Shown here: positions 58,701 through 64,000 of the stretch, piece after piece
Layout of the letters: each line of letters opens with the position of its first letter
Position numbering within the stretch: the first letter of the stretch is position 1
Assembly (NCBI GenBank): GCA_046563655.1
Contig: JAJCTO010000010.1
Location: 496,001 to 560,000, forward strand
Length of the DNA stretch: 64,000 nucleotides
Reading direction: 5' to 3'
Source: Yuukianura sp. NJ FZ-2021
Taxonomy: Eukaryota
Notes under the pieces: generated by a model
The model's input: only the letters and a program-made list of their open reading frames with translations
Databases searched by the model: none
What the model was told of the DNA's origin: nothing
Made by a program: the position numbers and the translations under genes

Positions 58701-59632
58701 CACTACTTTTCTCAATCGCCGGGGAATTTTTACCCTATGTCAAATTGGAGTTGGACGCGCTAACTCATGTTAGCACGTTGTAGCTAAAAAAGTGGTAAAA
58801 ACTCCCCGGCGATTGAGAAAAGTAGTGTAATTGGTTGAAATTACAAAACAGTTTAAGAAAAAGTCCAGTGTAGTTTATTGAAATTACAAAACAGTTTGAG
58901 AAAAGTCCAGTGTAGTTTATTGAAATTACAAAACAGTTTTAGAAAAGTCCAGTGTAGTTTATTGAAATTACAAAACAGTTTTAGAAAAGTCCAGTGTAGT
59001 TTATTGAAATTACAAAGTAGTTTTAGAAAAGTCCAGTGTAGTTTATTGAAATTACAAAGCAGTCTTAGAAAAGTCCAGTGTAGTTTATTGAAATTACAAA
59101 GCAGTCTTAGAAAAGTCCAGTGTAGTTTATTGAAATTACAAAGCAGTCTTAGAAAAGTCCAGTATAGTTTATTGAAATTACAAAGTAGTTTTAGAAAAGT
59201 CCAGTGTAGTTTATTGAAATTACAAAACAGTTTCGGTAAAGTCCAGTGTCGTCCACTGAAGTACAGTGTAATAAAATAAAATGATTCCAGTAGGATGCCG
59301 TAAGGTTAGGCTAGGTTAGGTTAGGTGATGGGTGATGGTATGCGCGTGGACTGAGGAGGAGGAGGGCGAGTATAGGCAAGCTCTTCGGCCGGGGAGGAGG
59401 AGTATAGGCATGCTCTTGATATATCTGAGGAGGAGGAGTATAGGCATGCACTTGAGCTATCTGAGGAGGAGGAGGAGGAGGAGGAGTATAGGTATGCTCT
59501 GGAGCTATTTGAGGAGGAGGAGTATAGGCATGCTCTTCAGTTATCTGAGGAGGAGGAGAGGAGGAGGAGGAAGAGGAGTGAGGAGTAGAAGCACGCTTTT
59601 CAGCTGTCTGAAAGCAAGATGAGGAGGAGTAT

Positions 59633-60723
59633 ATGTCCTACACCCTGATAGAGAATCATTTAGTCGCAGATCAGAAGCGGACAAGATATATTCTCTTTGA
59701 ATCTCTCTTTTTCTCGCTGAGTGGAAATCACAAAAGTTACAACGAATTCACAGAGCGTAAACACCTTGCCGTAGTGAATATAAAAATGGAATACAGTTGT
59801 TCAGGTTGTTCAAAAAAGTTTGGACGGTCGGATAACTTTAAACGTCACAAATTGACATGCAAGACTACGCAAGTCCCCATTCCTGTTAACGACAATATTG
59901 CTTATCACTTGACTCCTGCCGAATATGTATCGGAAGAGCATGGCAAAGGATCGCTGTTTATGGACGAGTTATCTGGGGCAACATTTGATGCTCATTTACG
60001 TGCTCCTTTTACGATGTGCATCAGCGGGATGACTCAAAGCGGAAAAAGTACTCTGGTTAAGGAAATCATCCTTCGTCGGAACGAGATCATTCTGACGTCT
60101 ACTGGGGAAAAGTTCAATCGTGTTACATACTGCTATACAGAGTTACAGCCAGAGTTGTTTACACAACTAAAATGTGCCATGCCTCAAATAAAGTTTCACC
60201 AAGGGCTGCTGGATAAATGGCATGACGGATCTGATAAACCGTCCCTTGTGGTGCTGGATGATTTAATGCATGAAGTTGGAAAGAATTCCGAAGTTGGCAC
60301 TGCGTTCACTAGGACATCTCACCACCGCAATGTGTCGCTCATTATTCTTGTGCAAAACTTTTTTCACAAGAACTTAAAGGAAATTACTGCCATTACTTGG
60401 TTCTAATGAAGAACCCTCGAGACTCTCAGTTTGTTGGTTGCCTGGGGTGTCAAATGAATGGCGGAAAGAAAAATACAACAATGGAGACTGCGTATAAAAA
60501 TTGCATGTCCAAAGACTATGGATACCTCTTTATCGATTTAACACAGCGTCAGAATGATTTGTTTCGCATTCGAGACAATATTTTTCCTGAAAAGTGTAAA
60601 GTTTACGTGAAAGACAAAACTAGCCCGTACATGGTGCTAGAAGAGGCAGAATATGATCAGCTGACTTCGAATACGTCAAAGGTTAAATCTGTTTGGATGC
60701 CGCCAATGAAACAGAAAAAGTAA
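59633..60723 (+). pseudogene. Polinton-type packaging ATPase, second copy, frameshifted by a 7-nt deletion
   Basis: Same motifs as the left copy, continuing to YGYLFIDL in ORF 60397-60723; AAACTGC lost between ACTGC repeats near 60390. Confidence 0.88.
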
Positions 60724-60840
60724 ACGATTCCCTTTGAAACATATGCGGATGACGCAAAAAGCAATTTGATGAAACGAGAAGTAACTCAACTGAACGACTA
60801 GTTCGACAACGGAGAGACATCAGTTGAACTTCAAAACCAC

Positions 60841-61425
60841 ATGCTCCATGGTCTTCTTCGTAAATTCCAGAATAGACGAAGCGTGGAACAGCAAAAGCCA
60901 TACGATTCAAAGGACACAAAGGCATTGGAAGTTGAGGCAAAAGGCGTGCAAGAACACAAGCCGACGGAGTTGCCAAACCCGATTCTGGAGCAAAAACAAT
61001 TCTATTTTTCAAACTTTCCAAAACCAGGGCAAAATCTGCTTCACTTTTTTGTGAAAAATGGAGCCATTCTACAAGGAGACACTGTTGTTTTTGGCAATGA
61101 ACAAATGCAGCGTAGTGACTTTGAAGATGGAATTCGTGTTATTAGTGATGGCAGACGCAGGCTAAAGGGTTCATTGATTTCGGGAATGATTCAGTTTATG
61201 AAATCCCGTAAATTTCCAATATATGAATTACCTGAAGCAAGACAATACCTACTTCAACCGTCTCGAAGAGCAAAAGGAAAGAAAAGACGTAATATGGAGG
61301 ATTCCAGCACGAGTGAAGACGAAGAAACTCCCAGTTATGACGAAGGAGAAGATGAAAATGAGAGCGAGTCTAGTGTGGATGACACCTTTCTGGAAGAGTG
61401 GATACCTCCGGCCAATTGGGAATAA
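60841..61425 (+). CDS. Hypothetical protein, Polinton-like region
   Basis: 194-aa ORF directly downstream of the ATPase; acidic tail; no family recognised. Confidence 0.45.
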   Translation: MLHGLLRKFQNRRSVEQQKPYDSKDTKALEVEAKGVQEHKPTELPNPILEQKQFYFSNFPKPGQNLLHFFVKNGAILQGDTVVFGNEQMQRSDFEDGIRVISDGRRRLKGSLISGMIQFMKSRKFPIYELPEARQYLLQPSRRAKGKKRRNMEDSSTSEDEETPSYDEGEDENESESSVDDTFLEEWIPPANWE

Positions 61426-61603
61426 ATTTCAACACAACAAAAGTTTACAGTTTCATACAACATTGATTTATTATTTTGTGTTTGAATTTTGATTAAATTT
61501 ACAATTTGAATTTAATAAATGTTTTTTCAATGTGACAAAAAATTTACAAGTCTAGATTTTATTGAAGTGTAAAAGTGTAATACTAAACTATACAGAAATT
61601 CAG

Positions 61604-62473
61604 TTAACAGAAAATATCGTAAGCGGAATGATCATGTACACCATGGTGAATAATCATGCTCTTGACTTCAGAAGAATATGGCGCCAATCGATAAGTTTCG
61701 AGGTTTTGAAGTTGTCTCTCTCCATAATCTCCTTCTAAAACTATCCTTGATTTGTTGATTCGCTCCTGTTGGTCCTTTGTAACGTCCGCTATGTGCTTTC
61801 GATAGCGCGGCATTATTGTATCATTGAGTGCTAGGCAGCAGCAGTTACGTTGTCGAAACATGCTTTTGAAGCGATTTTCCTTTTTGTATGGATGCATTTT
61901 CTTGTCTACTTTTGCGCCTACAACCTTTCCAATCATTTTCTTAATTTTGTTGACACAAGTGTTGAGACCTTCCTTACGTAGCTTTTCCAGGAATTCACGT
62001 TTTGTTTCGTGAACTAGCTCGTCCAGATTCCGTTCCGGATAAGAAGTTGGAAAGCAGCCACACTTTAGAAGCGATTCCACTAGGCAAGGAATATCACTGA
62101 CGTTCACTGTGAGAGGACCACCGCTTCGAATAAGAAACACTTGGTCTGATTCGTTTTTAATGCAGTGGATTGGAAGAAGTGGCGTATCAAGTTTGTCTTT
62201 CATTATTTGAATTTCCGATGCTGGTGGTTGTCCCAGAACTTTGAATAACTTCAGGAATCCGTTCTTGCGGTTTCTTGTCATGATTCTTTCAAAATGTGGA
62301 AGATCATTCATCATTCTCCCAGCTTCGATGTACGCTTTAACTAGTTTTTCGACCACGGTCGGTAGTTCCTCTGCTGCTAGCAGAATGGAGTGTTCAGCAA
62401 TCTTGATAGCGATGACATCTTCCATGTCACTAAATGGTGTTAAAACTTCCATATACTGTCTAAACCCCTCCAT
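61604..62473 (-). CDS. Hypothetical protein, Polinton-like region
   Basis: 289-aa intronless ORF; no family recognised. Confidence 0.55.
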   Translation of the reverse strand: MEGFRQYMEVLTPFSDMEDVIAIKIAEHSILLAAEELPTVVEKLVKAYIEAGRMMNDLPHFERIMTRNRKNGFLKLFKVLGQPPASEIQIMKDKLDTPLLPIHCIKNESDQVFLIRSGGPLTVNVSDIPCLVESLLKCGCFPTSYPERNLDELVHETKREFLEKLRKEGLNTCVNKIKKMIGKVVGAKVDKKMHPYKKENRFKSMFRQRNCCCLALNDTIMPRYRKHIADVTKDQQERINKSRIVLEGDYGERQLQNLETYRLAPYSSEVKSMIIHHGVHDHSAYDIFC

Positions 62474-62530
62474 GGTTATAGTTGTGGATTGAGACTGGTT
62501 TCAGAACTAATTGATTGCTAGTCTCAAAAC

Positions 62531-62725
62531 TCACTGTTTAAGTACTACTTGGACAACGTTTGAAATGCTATTTTGAAATTTTTCAAATTTTATTTTTGGT
62601 TCAATAACTTCATGCTGTCTCTCAATTAATTCTCTAATCAATGAACTTTTTCCACTTTGCGTAGGCCCACTCAAAACCATTACAAATGGATGAATTAATT
62701 CAGGCCTGAACTCCATCTCCTTCAA
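62531..62725 (-). pseudogene. N-terminal fragment of another Polinton-type ATPase
   Basis: HPFVMVLSGPTQSGKSSLIRELI Walker A, then truncated. Confidence 0.75.
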
Positions 62726-63131
62726 AGTTTGTGGTGCAAATGAACTATAGAGATCAACAACCCCACATAATATTTTGCAAAGTACAATTCACCAAAACAA
62801 GTTTGAAATCATTATTAATCACTGTTTTAGTTGTGATGTTGAAAAAGATCGTACTTAATTCTTTGCTAAAAAACGAATTCAACTGGATGACGCTATCTCA
62901 GTTCCTAATTCGAAAAAGATCGAATTTAGTTCTTGCAGAAACGAAATGAACGATATGACGTAATTGCAAGTATATATATCGCATCTGGACCATACTTTCC
63001 ATACCAGTTTATTTCCAGAGCTTACATAGCAAAGACTTTCACAACTAGTTCACGATGTCAAAACGCGCAACCTTGAGTAACAACTTTCCACCCAAAAACG
63101 ATTTTGCGCGCGTTACATTGAAGAAAATTTG

Positions 63132-64000
63132 ATGTGCAAAATATGCAAGCAAACATTCTCTACTACCCAGGAATTAGTAGCACACAAGACAAATGTGAAT
63201 TGTGAAACATCAGAAACAATTCTTGACTCTTACCGTATTTTACAGTGTTGTGTCTGTGATTCTCAGTTCGCAACACATTTACTCCTTCAAGAACATCTAA
63301 ATCATCACCATTCAATCAACCTTCCCCTGGAACCGCAGTATGGATCAGGCTTGCAAGATCAAATTAATGTTGTGCCTGTTACCGATGCCTTGAGTATAAT
63401 ATCAAAATATCGAGCTGATATGAATGTGTTCGAATGTAATGATGAAATCTCTGAACTGGATTTTTATAACAGTGTGAAAGCGTCAATTTTCGCAGTCCTC
63501 CAAACCGATCTTACAAAATGGAAAAATGTTAAAGTGTTCTTTACGATGAATTGTAGGTTCATCAAAGAGGATGTTGCTGGAGAAGTCGCCGACTCAACAA
63601 TCGGAAAATTTACCTCCTTCGCACACCTTCTATTCAACGCGGCAAATATACAACAGGTTTGGTCACTAGTGTGTCAGCAGTTTTCTTCAAAAATTGAAGA
63701 CTTCACGAGTGAGCGAAGTGGCTGGGTTCTCGACAAAATTACAAAGTTTAAGCTGACTACTTGTTTGTATAAGCTCTCAAACGTCGAAACATATATTGAA
63801 ACTCCTTATCCTCTGTCTGAGTACTCCAAGGTTTTACTGAACATTGATAACAGTGTCGAGTGGCATGACAATCGACAAAACAAGTGTTTCTTGTGGTCAG
63901 TGTTAGCACACGATAAGATTGCAGGAGTGACAAATGCTAACAATAATCGAGCACGTTACGACAAAAGGGTTGCAAGTTATGTGAAACATATTGACAAATT
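63132..64000 (+). CDS. N-terminal part of a Polinton/adintovirus-type protein-primed PolB ORF with C2H2 fingers (runs off the window; absent from the ORF track)
   Basis: Manual translation is open to the window end: CKIC..H, CCVC..H...H, QYGSG, IEDFTSERSGWVLDKI, YIETP, LLNIDN, NKCFLWSVLAH; polymerase catalytic motifs are not in the window. Confidence 0.7.
   Translation, partial: MCKICKQTFSTTQELVAHKTNVNCETSETILDSYRILQCCVCDSQFATHLLLQEHLNHHHSINLPLEPQYGSGLQDQINVVPVTDALSIISKYRADMNVFECNDEISELDFYNSVKASIFAVLQTDLTKWKNVKVFFTMNCRFIKEDVAGEVADSTIGKFTSFAHLLFNAANIQQVWSLVCQQFSSKIEDFTSERSGWVLDKITKFKLTTCLYKLSNVETYIETPYPLSEYSKVLLNIDNSVEWHDNRQNKCFLWSVLAHDKIAGVTNANNNRARYDKRVASYVKHIDK

Larger units (their letters stand above)
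56952..60481. repeat. Large palindrome: arms 56952-58734 and 58794-60481, 59-nt spacer
   Basis: Arms are near-identical reverse complements; each has an ATPase gene, CCT-rich repeats and a 42-bp array. Confidence 0.95.

Noticed and set aside
58190..59250. 42-bp arrays as a CRISPR array or as repeat proteins
   Set aside because: Units are contiguous with no unique spacers, there are no cas genes, the context is eukaryotic, and the ORFs merely translate the repeat.

Overview
Eukaryotic, repeat-dense DNA from an invertebrate, probably an arthropod (inferred from short GT-AG introns and the mix of BEL/Pao, Ty3/gypsy, copia, Helentron and Polinton-like elements). It is almost all nested mobile DNA around one spliced host-type gene (PI-PLC X-domain, 26740-29706). 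All protein family calls come from motif recognition by eye; no searches were run. The main result is a giant ~18.8 kb env-bearing Ty3/gypsy provirus (32601-51366, ATGA target duplication) inserted into a BEL/Pao integrase. Besides gag-pro-pol-env it carries, between its LTRs, a TARG1/Poa1p-type macrodomain, an intronless matrix metalloproteinase, an F-box protein, a degenerate dUTPase, an apparently catalytically dead Rrp6/EXOSC10-like domain and a SIM-bearing tail. This resembles the accessory genome of a complex virus. Also present: a second gypsy (1474-15581) with three small transmembrane ORFs before gag; DINE-1/Helentron-type elements, one carrying RPA-like and Ulp1-like genes; an ORF1-only retroposon; a copia remnant; and a Polinton-like region with a 3.5 kb palindrome.
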